Positions 1 through 13,815 of a DNA stretch of 64,000 nucleotides are shown in pieces. The notes beneath the pieces were generated by a model, which had not been told where the DNA came from, made no database searches, and saw only the letters and a program-made list of their open reading frames with translations. Both the position numbers and the translations under genes were made by a program. Each line of letters opens with the position of its first letter. Position 1 is the first letter of the stretch. Source of the stretch: Azolla caroliniana. Its lineage: Eukaryota; Plantae; Polypodiophyta. The stretch is from assembly GCA_043228905.1 (NCBI GenBank), contig JBHGNT010000009.1, positions 11,904,001 to 11,968,000 on the forward strand, read 5' to 3'.

Positions 1-3000
1 CATTACATACCCAGATGTAGACCGACTGGTATTCACATCAGCCGACATGTCCAAATCGGTGAAACCGTCAAGTTGAGGTTTACCGGAGCCGAATCGGAGA
101 CACATATTCGAAGTGCCCTTCAGGTACCAGAGTATCCATTTGACCGCGTTCCAGTGCTCCTTGTTGGGATTGCTCATAAACCGGCTCACCCTCCGACTGC
201 GTATCCTATATCCGGTCGGGTACACACCATTGCGTACATTAAGCTCCCGACGACAGAGGCATATGGAACCTTCATCATATCAGCCTTCTCTGCTTTCGTC
301 TTCGGGCTTTGCTTACCGGATAATTTGCAGTTTGCCGGGAGTGTCGATCCGACCGATTTCGCTTCTAACATGTTGAACCACTAAAGCACCTTTGTCACGT
401 ATTTCTCCAGTGACAACCACAATTGCTTCTTTGACCGGTCCCGGATGATGTGCATCCCCAGCATCTGTCTTGCCCAACCCAAGTCTTTTATTGCGAAAGT
501 TCGGTTGAGAGCCTTATTCAGCATCCGTATTCTGGCTTGGTCCCGTCCGACGATCAACATGTCGTCCACGTACAGAAGGAGTATCAGGAAGACGCCTCCT
601 TCGAACTTCTTCACAAACACCCAGTGATCGGCATGCGTCTTGTGGTACCCTTGATCTGTCATGAAGGAGTCAAACTTCTGGTACCATTATCGGGGAGCCC
701 GCTTCAGTCTGTACAAGCTCTTCTTCAACTGGCAAACCAGGTGCTCCTTCCCTTTCTCCACGAATCCTTCCGGTTGCTGCATGTAGATCTCCTCTTCGAG
801 GTCACCGTGAAGGAATGTCGTCTTCACGTCTAGCTGCTCTACCTCGAGGTCCATGCTTGCCGCTATACTCAGCACCGTCCGGATGGAGGTCATCTTTACT
901 ACCGGGGCAAATATCTCGTCGAAGTCCACGCCCTTCTTCTGCTAGAACCCCTTCACCACGATCCTGGCTTTGTATCTCAGGGGGTTGCCGACATCTCCCG
1001 GTTTCAACTTGTACACCCACTTATTTTGGAGTGCCTGCTTTCCTTTCGGCAACTCCACCAATTCGTATGTACGGTTCTCATGCAGGGAATCCATCTCATC
1101 CTGCATGGCACTTAACCATTTGCGGCTGTGGGTGTCATCCTTCGCTTCTTCGAAGCTTTCTGGCTCCCCCTCATCGGTTAGCAGCACATGCTCTGCATCC
1201 GGCAATCTCCGGGGGGGCCTTCTCTCTCTGAGAGGATATTTCCGTCTTTGGGCTTCGATAACCGGCTCCTCCATTTGCTCTTCATCCGAATCTGATTCGG
1301 GGTCTTGGCCAGTTCCGTTTTCAGCTTCCTCTACTTCTTCCTCTGCCGGTTCGGTATCCTCACCGTAACCGGCTGGTTCCTCGAGTGCTAACCGGTCTCT
1401 TGCCGGTTGGGTCTGCTCATCATAGAATCGATCCTTACTGGTCGACTCAGAGTTCATTATCTTCTTCTCCAACTCCCAGTCGGCGAGCGTCTTGTCCTCC
1501 ATGAAGATAATATCTCAACTCCGGAATACCTTCTTGTCGACCAGGTCCCACACTCGGTAGCCGAACTCATTGTCACCGTAACCGAGGAATATGCATGGCC
1601 GTGTCTTCGGATCTAGTTTTCCTCTCCGGTCCTTAGCTACATGTACATATGCAAGACACCCGAATACCTTCAGATGCCGGTAGGATACTTCCTTACCGGT
1701 CCAGACTCTCTGTGGCGTGTCTCCGTCCAAGGGTACTAACGGTGATTTGTTTATCACATATGTCGCCGTTGACAGTGCCTCAACCCAAAACTTCTTGGGT
1801 AGTTTTGCATGCACCAGCATACTCCGGACCCTCTCCATTATGGTCCGGTTCATCCTCTCGGCCAACCCGTTTAGTTCCGGCGTCTTCGGCACGGTAAATT
1901 CGAGCCGGATTCTCTTCGAGCGACAGTACTCCTCAAACTGCCCCCGGTATTCACCTCCGTTATCTGCTTGAACCGCCTTCAGCTTCCGGCCGGTTTCTCT
2001 TTCCACTCTCGCGTGGAGCTCTTTGAAGACGGATAACACCTGATCCTTCGTCTTCAACGGTGTGGCCCACAGCTTCCGGCTGTGGTCATCTATGAACGTC
2101 ACGAAGTACTACGATCCGGCATGTGACTTTGTGTCCACTTGACATACATCAGTATGCACCAACTCCAGTGGTGCATTACGTCTCATCGGTGGCCTCGATC
2201 GGAAGGAGGTCCAGTTTTGTTTACCGGCCAGACAATTAGTGCACTTCTCCAAGTGCACGTTCTTTATTGGAATGAGGTTGTCTTCTGCAAGCCTCTTCAT
2301 CCCCTTCTCGCTCATGTGACACAGCCTCTTGTGCCACAGCTCACCGGGAGTGTCGGATGCCACGTTCACTTCTTCCGGGCATAACCAGGCATTCATCAGG
2401 TACAACATGTTGACCTTCCGGGCCCGAGCCACAATCACGCTCCCTTTGCTGAACTTCATAACATTGTTCTGGATGCTACCCGTGTAGCCTTCATCATCTA
2501 GCCGACCGGCTGATATCAGGTTCAGACGAACCTCCGGAACGTGTCGGACATCCTTCAGCAACAGCTTGCATCCGGTTGGGGTTGTCAACCACACGTCTCC
2601 TATGCCGAAAATTCAGCATGTACCTTCATTCCCCATCTGGACACAGCCATGATCACCGGCTGAGTAGGATGAGAAGCATTTCCGGTTCGAGGTAAGGTGG
2701 AACGACGCTCCGGAGTCGACCACCCAAGTCATCTCGTCGCCGAGAAGGTTTAACTCACTCTCCTCGGTGATGAGCATCGACTCTTCTTAGCTTGCCGCGA
2801 TTGCCGTCATTCCCTTCCAGTCTGGCCCCCTCCGGTCTTTACCGTTCCGGTCCGGTGTCCGCTTCGAATCGGTACCGTCGGTTTCCTTGTCTTTTCGAAA
2901 GTGCCAACAGTTCTTCTAGAAATGTCCCAGCTTGCCGCAATAGAAGCAAGTAGGCCTCCCCCTTGACTTTGACCGTGTCCCCAACTTTTCCCGGTTCTGG

Positions 3001-3570
3001 AGGCTACGGTTCCTTTGTCTTCCGCGTTCCGATTCGGTAAGGAGCGCTTTGGAGTTGGAGCTCGTATCCTTATCTTTCCGACACGCCTCCTCATCTAGCA
3101 AGCTCGACTTCACTCTTGCTAGGGATAACCGTTTCCCTTCTGGCCCGGCATTGCCCAAAGTGACAACCAACGTCTCCCAGCTATTTGGGAGGGAACCGAG
3201 CAGGAGTAACGCTAGTACCTCATCGGCGAGAGGTACTTCCAATGATGTTGCCTGGTGGATCAGCCCCTGGAAGGCATTCATGTGCTCCGCCATGCTGGAG
3301 CCATCTTGGTACCGGAGTCTTACTAGCTTCCGAAATACCAAAACCTGATTAACAACATTTTTGTTTTGAAACATAATGCCGATCTTCTCCTAGAGCTCAT
3401 GAGCCTTGCTCTCTTCATAATATCGTGGCGTCGATTTTGTCCGGTCTCTTGTCCTCGAACTGAACCGGCAGCCAAAGATCTTTAACCACGAGCATGTCCC
3501 TCATCTTCGACTTCCACATTGAATAGTTGGAGCCGGTGAGCTTGAACATGCCTCCCAACGATTCGTCCAT
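1..3570 (-). pseudogene. Copia gag-pol polyprotein, broken by stops and frameshifts
   Basis: ORF fragments 3415-3639, 2916-3374, 2109-2594, 1515-2102, 942-1502, 687-929, 381-662 and 186-371 are collinear pieces of one polyprotein. Confidence 0.93.
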
Positions 3571-3584
3571 TTTCTGTGTCGTTT

Positions 3585-3597
3585 CGCTCTGATACCA
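3585..3597 (-). promoter_or_regulatory. Primer-binding site complementary to tRNA-iMet
   Basis: Minus strand reads TGGTATCAGAGCG, 3 nt after the LTR end (...TGTCA). Confidence 0.9.
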
Positions 3598-3600
3598 CTT

Positions 3601-4366
3601 TGACAAGAATACACGCTCCTGATGAACACTCGGCCACAACCGAGCCTAGAATCAAACACAATAAACGGGTAATGAACGCACGACACAGTGAAGAGAAGAG
3701 AACACAGGTTGTTAATGTGGAAAACCCAAACTAGGGAAAAACCACAGCAAGCCATCGATTGCAAACTATCACTATATCAGAATATACAATAGTGAAGCAC
3801 CGAGGCAACGACCTCGAGCTTGCTATCTTCGCCACAGGAGGCCGTTACAACAGAGGCACCAACCTCTTCCTCTCTCTCTCTCTCTCTCTCTGTGTACACA
3901 ATTACGCGCTCTAATCTTGCACCAACAAGAATAACAACAAACTAATGTTTTCCCTAAGTCATATTTATACTAATATGACTTTTCGGCTACTTACAAATAT
4001 AGCCCCGATGGACTCTCAGAAACATATTTACGAATATGTCCCTTCATCCGGTGAGCACTCCTCACTGGGCCTGCATCATCCGGCGCTTGCCGGGCACACG
4101 TCATTCGGTTCTCACCGGGTCTTCCATTGCCGGGTACTCCACATCCGGTTCTCACTGGATCTTCACCATCCGGTTCTTGCCGGGTACTCGTCATCCGGTT
4201 CTCACCGGGTCTTCCGTAGCCGGGTACTCGTCATTTGGTTCTTATCGGGTCTTCCGTAGTTGGGTACTCGTCATCCGGTTTCGGCCTCGGCCTATTGGCC
4301 TGGGCCGAGTTTGCTCATCGACACTGTTCTTCTCACTTCCCATCCGGAGGGACTTGTTTCCTAACA
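3601..4366 (-). repeat. 5' LTR of the Copia element, with internal tandem repeats at ~4040-4285
   Basis: TGTTAG...TGTCA termini on minus; adjacent PBS; repeated CCGGGTACTCGTCATCCGGTTCTCAC units. Confidence 0.85.
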
Positions 4367-6629
4367 CAATGATCATAAGAACCTGACTTATTTCCAAAAT
4401 GGTCGAGTCTTGAGTTGGCGACAAGCCTAGTGGGCGCAATTTTTGACTCACTTCGACTTTATCATCATATATCGCCCTAGGATACAGCAAGGCAAAGCAG
4501 ATGCTCTTTCTCGGCGCTCTTATATGGAACTTCGTCCAGGGGAACCTGCATTTGAGCATCAAAAACAAATCCTTTTGGGTCCTAATCACTTACGATTAAT
4601 GGTAGTTAATGCGTTAACAACTCTTGAAGATTCCACTCTTCTTGATTCCATTCGAGATCATATGGCCACTGAGGATTTCGCCAAGGATGTTTTGGATCAT
4701 ATCGTCTCGGATCGTGCTTCTTCCTCACGGTCGAAAAATCCTCGTAATGACTATCGTCAGTTCTATTGGCATGGTGGTTTTTTGTTTCGACAAAACCTAT
4801 TGTACGTTCCTGATGGTCCCCCATGACTACAAGTTTTACAACATTGCCATGACTCACCAATGGCTGGTCATTTTGGAGTTCACAAGACTCTAGAATTAAT
4901 TTCTCCACGCTATTGGTGGCCTCGTCTTTGTCATTTTGTTGAGGAGTATGTTCGCAGTTGTGATATATGTTGTTGATCAAAGAGTCCTTGTCACCGATCC
5001 TATGGCTTACTACAACCACTTCCCATTCTGGAAAATCCTTGGAAGTCTATATCCTTGGATTTCATTACTGATCTCCCAGTTTCAAAAGGTTTTGATGCAA
5101 TTCTCACAGTGGTTGATTGATTTACCAAAATGACACATTTCTTGCCATGTATGAAGTCGATTACTAGTCGAGAGGCGACCGATCTCGTCATGCGGGAGGT
5201 ATTTAAACATCATGGTCTGTTGGATGATATTATTAGTGATCGTGGTCCACAATTTATATCAAAGTTTTGGAAGCACATGTTCAAACTTCTCCACATTTCG
5301 GTTAAGCTTTCTTCGGGCTATCATCCCAAAACAAATTACCAAAGTGAGTGTACCAACCAGACGTTGGAGCAATATCTTAGTTGTTTCATCAACTATCAAC
5401 AAGATGATTGGGTTGATTTTTTGCACTTGGCGGAATTCGCTTACAACAACTCAACCCATTCTTCTACAACATATTCCCCATTTTTCGCAAATACGGGTTG
5501 TCATCCTCGGTGGACGGTGACTGCGCATCCAGACGTTCCTACCAACCTTGCTACTGAGGATCATCTTAGTCGCCTCCAAGAAATTCACGCTAACATTCTC
5601 CACAATTTGCACGATGCTCAAGTTACACATAAGAGGCTTGCCAATCGTCATCATCTAGAATCCTCAAAAAAGTTCCGGTTTGGGATCATGTATGGCTTCT
5701 GCAACACAACATCAAGACCACTCGACCTTGCAATAAATTGGATTACCAACGTTTTGGTCCTTACATGATCACTGGCAACATAAGTGATGTTGCATTTCGT
5801 CTTGGCCTCCCTCCACACATGCATCTTCATCCGGTGTTTAATGTATCCCTTTTGGAACCTTATACTTCAAGTTCAATTTCGGGCTGCCTTACGACACCCC
5901 CACCACCTGTCATGTCAAGTTCTTGGACAGACCTGAATTTGAAATTGCTGCCATTCTAATTCTAAAATCGTGCGCAACAAGTTGTATTACTTAGTCGATT
6001 GGCTAGGCTATACCCCCAATGATCGAACTTGGGAACCTGCTGCAAATCTTTCCAATGCTGTGGAACTCGTCACTGCATTTCATCACCAATATCCTCATAA
6101 ACCAAGTCCTAATACAAACCCTACAACCCATGAGACATGTCATCGAAGAAGGGGGATAGTGTCATGATAACACTCACATCATGCATCGAAAGGATGATGA
6201 CACTCACATTATGCTTCGAAAAGATTTGAACCCACGACCTTGCTGTACACATGTCAAATCCTTAGCCATTGTATATTCTTGATGTATAGTCTTTAGAATA
6301 TGAAATCTAATATCATAGGAATATTCTATATTACTCTACATTCTAGAATGACCTAGAATATTCTAGAGTGTTCTATACACTAGAACCTTGTAGAATACTC
6401 TAGAGATCTTCTAGATTTCTACATTCTAGGATAACCTAGAATATTATAGAGTGTTCTCTATTACTTATAAATTGGGATCTACCACTCATCCCAAACCTAA
6501 ATTGGTTCAACGCCATTTTGTAGTACTCTATTGCCTACTCTTTGTAATCCATTACTCTTCAATATAATAATTCCTTTTCAATTATCTCTCTATCTTCTCT
6601 GTCTCTCTCTGTCTCTCTCTGTCTTGACA
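4367..6629 (+). mobile_element. Ty3/Gypsy chromovirus (Tcn1-like), 3' half: RNase H end, integrase, chromodomain, PPT, 3' LTR
   Basis: KADALSRR; ISDRGPQF; EFAYNNS; chromodomain YYLVDWLGYTPNDRTWEP (5970-6167); PPT GAAGAAGGGGGATAG before the LTR. Confidence 0.93.
6160..6629 (+). repeat. Chromovirus 3' LTR
   Basis: TGTCATGA...TCTTGACA termini, TATAAA at 6466, many TCTAGA motifs. Confidence 0.85.
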
Positions 6630-6959
6630 CCTTTCACGGCATCCGCCCACATTAGTGTCTTGGTCTTTCCAGCTTTGCCTCCCCCTTTTTCGGTTGGCTC
6701 CGGCTTGGGCTTTCCATTCTGGTGGCTGCCCCTTCATCCGGTCTCGGCTTCTTCAGTCGGGCCGAAATCGGAATCAGTATCCGGCTTCTCGGTTCACTCG
6801 TCTCTGTCACTCGTCTCGTTTCTCCCCCTCAAGTTCGGCATATCGAGGTACTGGACACCGAGTGCACAAGAGAATGGCCACAACGTGTCTAAGCCAAGCG
6901 GTTTGGTGAAGATATCGGCAACCCTAAACCTGCCGATCAATCGAAACATGAAGTAGCTC

Positions 6960-7290
6960 CACTTCACCGAACTCGCTCACAGAAAAAATGATAGTGCACC
7001 TCGATTAGTTTTGTCCGGGCGTGAAAGATGGGGTTCTTATTCAACTGGATGTTATTGAGGATGTCACAATAGAGCATCGTCGGATCAAACACCTCCACTC
7101 ACAAATCCTTTCGGAGCCTCTTGAGCCATATGGCTTCGCATGTCGCGACAACCATTGCTCGGTACTCAGCCTTAGTGCTCGACAATGCTAATGTCGGCCA
7201 CTTCTTACTCCTCCATGCAACCGCGGAGCTTCCAAGTGAAAACACATATCTGGATGTAGACCGACGGTGTCGTGAAAATCCGTCACTATG
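6960..7290 (-). pseudogene. Copia RNase H remnant
   Basis: RRSTSRYVFSLGSSAVAWRSKK..ALSSTKAEY..CEAIWL, followed by YCD..NPIFHARTK..EVHYHF. Confidence 0.88.
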
Positions 7291-7367
7291 TGCGGATCGT
7301 GAGGTAGAACCGCCGGGGTTATGGACGGGAAGGAAAAAGGGCTCACACACACAACACAAGGAAGTCT

Positions 7368-9165
7368 TACACAAACAAGGCACGGTATTTGAACGTGTCT
7401 GTGAAAAGGAGAGGTGCATGGGCAAGCCCGAATCAACCCCTAGTCACAAGGCGAATGAATGCATGTGAGGAAGGCTTACACATGAACACACAAGGAAAAG
7501 GCTTACTTACACACACTAGAGACAAAGTTTCAAATGCCTTTGTGAAAAGAGAGGTGCATGGGCAAGCCCGAACGCTCCCTTGTTACAAGACACGCGAACA
7601 CACAAGCAAGGTTTACACACGGGAGACAATTTTGAACGCCTTCGTGAAAGGAGAGGTGCGTGGACAAGCCCGAACGCTCCCTTGCCACAAGTCGCACGAT
7701 CGCACAAGCAAGATTTACACTAACACGCAAGACACGGAAGTTTGAAGGCTTTTGTGAAAGCAGAGGGGCATGGGCAAACTTGAAATGCTCCCTTGTCACA
7801 AGACACACAAACAGATAAGCACAAATGACAATAACATATAAGACACGTAAATTTGAATGCGTTTGTGAAAGGAGAGGTGCATGGGCAAACCCAAAATGCT
7901 CCCTTGTCACAAGACACATAAACAAATAAGCACAAATGATGATAACATATAAGATATGTAACTTTGAATGCCTTTGTGAAATGAGAGGTGCATGGGCAAG
8001 CCCGAAATGCTCCCTTGTCACAAGACACACAAACAGATAAGCACAAATGACGATAACATATAAGACACATAGGTGAAACCTGTCACGACAGAGTGACAAC
8101 AAGTACATTGTTAATGAGGATTAAACCTACAACCTCACATATAAGATACCTAAGTTTGAATACTTTTGTGAAAGGAGAGGTGCATGGGCAAGCCCGAAAC
8201 GCTCCCTTGTCACAAGACACACAAACAAATAAGTACAAATGATAATAATATATAAGACACATAGGTAAAACCAAACATTAGTTTATTACAATATAATACA
8301 TTCTTTTATAAAATAAGAATTAATTTTACAATGGGTTTGATATGAATATGAGAGATAATTTATAAAAGAAGGGCGAAGAGAGGTGGAGGAAAGAAGAGAG
8401 TGGAATATAGAAGAAGGTGATTCTTTGTTGATGATGCCTCTCGATGTTGTTGATCCTTCTTCTTTTTCCTTCTAATTGAATAGAGCTTCCGTGTTCCTTC
8501 TCCCTCCCCCCTTCTTCACTAGAATAGGCTCTTATTTATAGGTTTAGGATTGCTTGCCTTTTTCCCCTAAAAACAATCTTGTCTATATGCGTCTCCTTTT
8601 CTTTTCCTCACTATTTCTGTTTTCTAGCCCTAAATTTGACATGCTAGATATTCTTGGAAAGCTCTTTGGGTTAGCTTTCTTATGCATCTTTTCGTTTCTA
8701 ATTTGGACATCTAACGAGGAAATTATGAGCTCCTCATATCAACGCGTGCTTGTTTTTTTTTTTTTTTCTCTCCCCATCTTTTTTTCTACTTTTGAAAACC
8801 GCCTCTAACTTAATATTCATCATTATTTATAGTAAGTTTCAATCCTTTGACCATTTATTTATAAGGGATTATCTTTGGCAAATGAAAAAGTATTTTTGCT
8901 ACCAATAAAGTTGACTTCAGAATACTAGTTTATTTGAACTACTATTTTACTTCTTTTCGAGGGTGGTTTCACACTGGTTTCAAACTTTGAATGCCTTTGT
9001 GAAATGAGAGGTGCATGGGCAAGCCCGAAATGCTCCCTTGTCACAAAACACACAAACAGATAGCGCAAATGACGATAACATATAAGACACGTAGGTGACA
9101 CCTGTCACGACAAAGTGACATCAAGTACATTGTTAATGAGGATTAAACCTACAACCTCACATTTA
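7368..9165. repeat. Tandem repeat with ~111-bp unit (about 8 copies), interrupted at ~8265-8980
   Basis: Recurrent TTTGAATGCCTTTGTGAAAGGAGAGGTGCATGGGCAAGCCCGAAATGCTCCCTTGTCACAAG at ~7368, 7528, 7631, 7741, 7852, 7963, 8155, 8986. Confidence 0.9.
8265..8972 (-). repeat. Possible solo LTR inserted in the tandem array
   Basis: AAACCA...TGGTTTCACA ends, CTATAAATA on minus near 8535, interrupts the 111-bp array; no TSD confirmed. Confidence 0.35.
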
Positions 9166-9829
9166 GAGGACATCATGTTCAATCATTTTGACATGAGCAT
9201 ACATTTGTATATAATAGGGTAGTATTCTATGGTCTAGCGTATAGTACATTTCAGAATCAGAACATGCTAGTCGTTAGTATATTCTAGAGATATTGTACGT
9301 TATATTCTAGATTACTATATTCTAGAGATACTTCTTGAGTATATTCTAGAGATATTCAATTTCGAAACTTGTAGAAATACTTGTAATCTCCTTGGTCTCT
9401 TTCAAGGGATTCAACACCAGTCATTGACACATCAATCTAGTATTCTCGTTTCATTCCATCTTGTCTCCTTCTCCATCTTTATCTTCATGCTTTCCATAGC
9501 TCCCTAAGTTCATAGTCTCATCAGTCATAGCTTTTAGAATTCTTAGCCTTGTCATTTCTAGTTCCACATTCGTCATCCATGCTCCGTCGTAGTTTGCAGT
9601 TGGTGTGTCCGTGACAGTTTGAATCCCTTCCAACGGGGAGCACCACCCGTCCTCATCATCACCTTTGCTTCTAGCATTGCCATCATCATTTTCAGCACCT
9701 CTTTGCCCAACCTTTATAGTCATCAACACTACTTTCCATTGTCTTTAATCGTCATCATTATTCCACCCTCTTCATTGTTATTGTTATCATCTATAGGCAT
9801 CATTTTGCATCACTATTTTGGTGAGGATT

Positions 9830-11207
9830 GCTTTCGATCTATCACCTTCCCAGTTCCGGTGGGGGTCACAACCGCTCACTTTCCTGGTGGGGATCAGATC
9901 ATCACTCAGCTGCACTCCGTTTTGATTTTAGTTCAAGTCTACCTCCACTTTCCTTTGGTGATGACTGATATCGATCGCTCACCTTCTTGTTCCGGTGGGG
10001 TCCACAACCACTCACTTTCCTGGTGGGGATCGCGTCCATTTCTCACTAGCGCTACCATTTGTGCCGTGTTTTCGATCAACCTAGAGTATTTACACTCTCA
10101 TAATAGAAGAAGTCAAGTCGACCACGATCAAGTCTTCACTACTCGCCGACTCGTCATCCGATTGACCATTCCGGGTCAACCAGTCTGGATTTGGACCACT
10201 CATTCGGAGAGAAATCGGACTATCCGGCAGTTCCAATTTTGCGATGCTTCTCTATGTTCCGGATTCCAATGTATCATCAACAACAATCAATTCGGACTAA
10301 GTTAGAGAGAAGTACTAGGATGTCGATTCATTGAAAAGGACATCTCGGCTATCTTGGATCGCTTTCGATTGGGGGTTATAACACTTATATAACCCTTCTG
10401 CTCATCTGAGCAACCGACGAGAATGCACTTCTTGGCTTTCGCATCTAACTTCCTCCATTTTTCCTTCAGTACATGCACATATGCAATGCTACTGAACACC
10501 CGAAAGTGTGTCAAATTTGGCTTCTGCTCAAAATACAGTTTGTGTGGCGATACCTTTGTCCCTGAGGCAGATATCCGATTTTGGATGTAGAAGGCTGTCC
10601 GAATTGCTTCGGCCCAATAATACTTGGGCATGCTTTTCTCCTCAAGTATCGCCCTTGGTGCTTCTACAAGCGTCCTATTTTGATGGTCGGCCATAACGTT
10701 TTTCCCCGACGTGTATCTCCAAGAGAACTCCCGACAAATTCCCTTTGTCTGCAGATAACTCATGAATTGGCTACAAAAGTATTCTTTTCCACCATCCGAT
10801 CTCAGACACTTGATCTTTCTTCCGGTCTTGCGTTCGACATGATTCTTTAGGTCCCGGAAGCACAAGAAGATTTCACTCTTCTTCTCGATCACAAAGATCC
10901 AAGTGTGTTAACTGAAATTGTCGATGAAGGAGATGAAATACCGACTCCCACTGGTGCTCATGTTTTGTGCTAGTCCTCACACATCCAAATGGATGAGATC
11001 AAGACAATTCTGGCTCCGATTCTTCTCATGGGGGAAGGGAAGCCTATGTTGCTTCCTCAATTGGCAAGCTTCACATATTTGGCCTTTTGGGCCATAGAAC
11101 TTTGGCAATCTAGAAACAACATTTTCCGACTGCATATCTTGAAGCTTTTGGAAATTTATGTGGCTGACCCGCTTATGCCATAAGTCGATGTCTGACTCAA
11201 CCTTCTG
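9830..11207 (-). mobile_element. Copia element X, integrase part (continues at 32012-33806)
   Basis: DLWHKRVSHINF (10977-11210); integrase CLRSDGGKEY, YWAEAIRTA (10302-10892). Confidence 0.9.
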
Positions 11208-11626
11208 CATATAATATCCCGTGGTGAGAATTTACCGTAGTATTCTATGCACGTGGATAAAGTGTGAGGATTAAACAAGAGTGTAAAGAAGGGGAGGCTT
11301 ACTTTTAATCCTCGATATTGAGAAAACCCATTAGGCCAAGTGTGAACTTGCCTGGGGGCTTTAGGTCTGGCTATAAATATGAGGTCTAGCTGCCCTCATT
11401 TGATATTATCGACTATGTCGAGACTCTGACATTATGGTGGGTTAACTGTTGTAGCGAGCGCGCCAGCACTAGGTACGACTCGATGCCACGACAGTGGTAT
11501 ACAATGCCGATCGAGGCTCGAGTATGTCTCGATCCCTTCGCTCGGGGGTGGTCGGCTGGATCTCCTTTCTTATTTATCTATCTTTTATCCTTATCATATG
11601 CTTACATTTGTAGCTAAGTTGTAACA
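11208..11626 (+). repeat. Gypsy 5' LTR (first ~15 bp lost)
   Basis: Aligns to 22827 onward; ends TGTAACA followed by PBS. Confidence 0.9.
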
Positions 11627-12798
11627 ATTGGTATCCGAGCCATGTTTCTAATGTTTCTTTTGTCGATTGTTTTTTTCTGGTTGGATGGCGATCGATCGAG
11701 TTTGATCCAGATAGCTATCAACAAAGGAACTTTGGTAACTCTTTCTTCTTATTTTTTCTATTCTTCCTTCTCCCAATCTAATCATGTACAGTTAATATGT
11801 GTTTTCTTTCATTGATTCAATGATGTTATAATGGTAATTAATTGTTTGTATAAAACATTTACATATGTGAAAAAATTAGGTCAATACCTCATTTGACATA
11901 TATTTGATATGTGATTCGTGTCGTATGTGTACGAGGTTAATACCTCAATTGCGTATTACGTTCACATACATATGTTATGTATGCGTATGAGGTCAATACC
12001 TGGATTTCTATGTAAAGGATATGTGATTGGTGTCGTATGTGTAAGAGGTCAATACCTCAATTGCGTATTACGTTCACCCTTATTTTTGGATATTTTGTGT
12101 GCGTGGAGGCTATATGCCTCGATTACGTATCTCAATTTACATCATTCATTGGCTATGTGATGTTACGATTTTTTAAATATATGCATATGTAATCACGTGT
12201 ATACGTATTTAATCGTATAGATGTGATAAACATAAATATATATTAGTTTTTATTATGTGATTGTGTATGTCGAATGTTGTCCTTTTCGGGGAAAGGATCT
12301 TGGTGGTCGTCCTCACATTTTTGTGAGAATGGCGTAGTCACCAAGCATTTTTTCAACAATTTTGTTTTTGTTGTCATCCCCGTTGGTCACTTCGATCTTA
12401 CTATGCGTTATAAAGAAACGATCATAGCCACAATGATGTTGAGAGCGTAGGGCTTGACCCACTTTAAGTGAGGTCGCCCCTATGACACATGCATCCAACA
12501 TCCCTCCTCGTTACATGGTTACGATGTCTCCATGAGATCATCATTACGAAAGGCATTCATAATGATGTAACCATGTGATGGGCTACGTGGGCCTATTACG
12601 AAAAGAGGGCACGTGCGGTTTGACCATTAGGTTGTACTTTGGGGTATGTCATCGTAATTATGAGCCTTGAGGTTGGGAACGTACCAACATAGTTTTGTAG
12701 TAAACAAGGGGGAAATAAGGAATCTCGACATATACGTTTTCATTTAAAGAAACCTATATGGGCAAATGCCTTCGCATATCTCTCATAAGCATAAACAT

Positions 12799-13290
12799 CC
12801 AGGTCCAACCCCAGACAAGCTGAACTCATCATGACAGCCGATACGATAACTATGAAAATGGCTCCATCCCTGGTCAGGTTATATAAACAGATGCCTGAAC
12901 CAAAATACGTAATTGCTATGGGTGCCTACAGAATTACAGGAGGACCGTATGTTTAATACAGATTCCTACAACATTGTTCACGGGGTAGATTAATTAATTC
13001 CTGTAGATATTTATTTACTGAGTTGTCCACCTAGACCCAAACCTATTATTGATGTTGTGACCAAACTTCGCAAAAAAGTGGCTCGAGAGAATAACTATAG
13101 GAATAAGGATCGAGCTTCTAGTTCTACTCGAAAAAAGTATTTTGGTATGAATCATCACCTCCATTTAGTAACCAGCATTCACACTCGCGAATACAACCAA
13201 TAACTAGATGATCAGGGTAGAGAGTCCTCGTTAGATGCTTTTTTGGTCTCGTTAGATTCAATAATAGTAAAAGGTCAGCTTTCAGAATAA
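12799..13290 (+). pseudogene. ndhK: Nuclear plastid DNA insertion (NUPT): 3' part of ndhK
   Basis: Manual translation [94 protein letters not shown] matches the conserved NdhK core; one frameshift and internal stops. Confidence 0.93.
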
Positions 13291-13327
13291 TCAATATCTG
13301 AAGTTATTCAAAAGAAGCAAAACATTT

Positions 13328-13385
13328 GGTTAGCTCAAGTGTTTAATGTATTTGTTCTCAAGGTCTCGAGTTCAAATATGACCAA
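13328..13385 (+). other. Degenerate tRNA-like / SINE-head sequence
   Basis: A-box-like TAGCTCAAGTG and B-box-like GAGTTCAAAT; no complete cloverleaf. Confidence 0.4.
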
Positions 13386-13815
13386 GACCATATAACATTG
13401 TTGATACATATGTGTCTATAACACATTTTTAGACTTTAGGTCTAAGTGCAATTTGGGGTCCTCGTGATAGGACATAAAGAGCTGAAACCACATGGGGGGG
13501 CACAGAGACATAATTTATTGTTAACATTTTTTCGTGTTTAAACTATTCATTAGGTTCATCATTCCATTTCCTTTGTACTAAATGATTGTACTCATTTTAT
13601 TCAATGTGTAAATAAACAATCTCTTTTGATTGTTTCCTCTCCATCAATATCCGAGTTGTCTTGATCTTCTTTATTTTATTGTGTACTTGATCCGAACATT
13701 CACGTTTATAATATCAATAATGTCTTGGGTCAATTATCATATTTTGAACAACAACTTAATGAAATCTTAAATGATGTTTGTGATGTTTTTCCAAGTGAAC
13801 TACCACATGGGTTAC

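Larger units (their letters stand above)
1..4366 (-). mobile_element. Ty1/Copia LTR retrotransposon (Tnt1/Tork-like), decayed; 3' end lies outside the window
   Basis: Copia domain order on minus: gag with CCHC knuckle (CFYCGKLGHF), protease (WVVDSGAS near 2710-2730), GAG-pre-integrase (LWHKRLCHMS), integrase (DNGGEY, NGLAERMNRT), RT (LYVDDML); 5' LTR and iMet PBS present. Confidence 0.95.

Noticed and set aside
7530-8108. 192-aa hydrophobic repeat protein
   Set aside because: Translation of the 111-bp tandem array, whose unit length is a multiple of 3; no independent coding evidence
9619-10305. 228-aa membrane-like ORF
   Set aside because: Antisense shadow of purine-rich low-complexity Copia linker sequence
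12799-13290. Functional nuclear ndhK gene
   Set aside because: 5' part missing, frameshift and internal stops, no transit peptide
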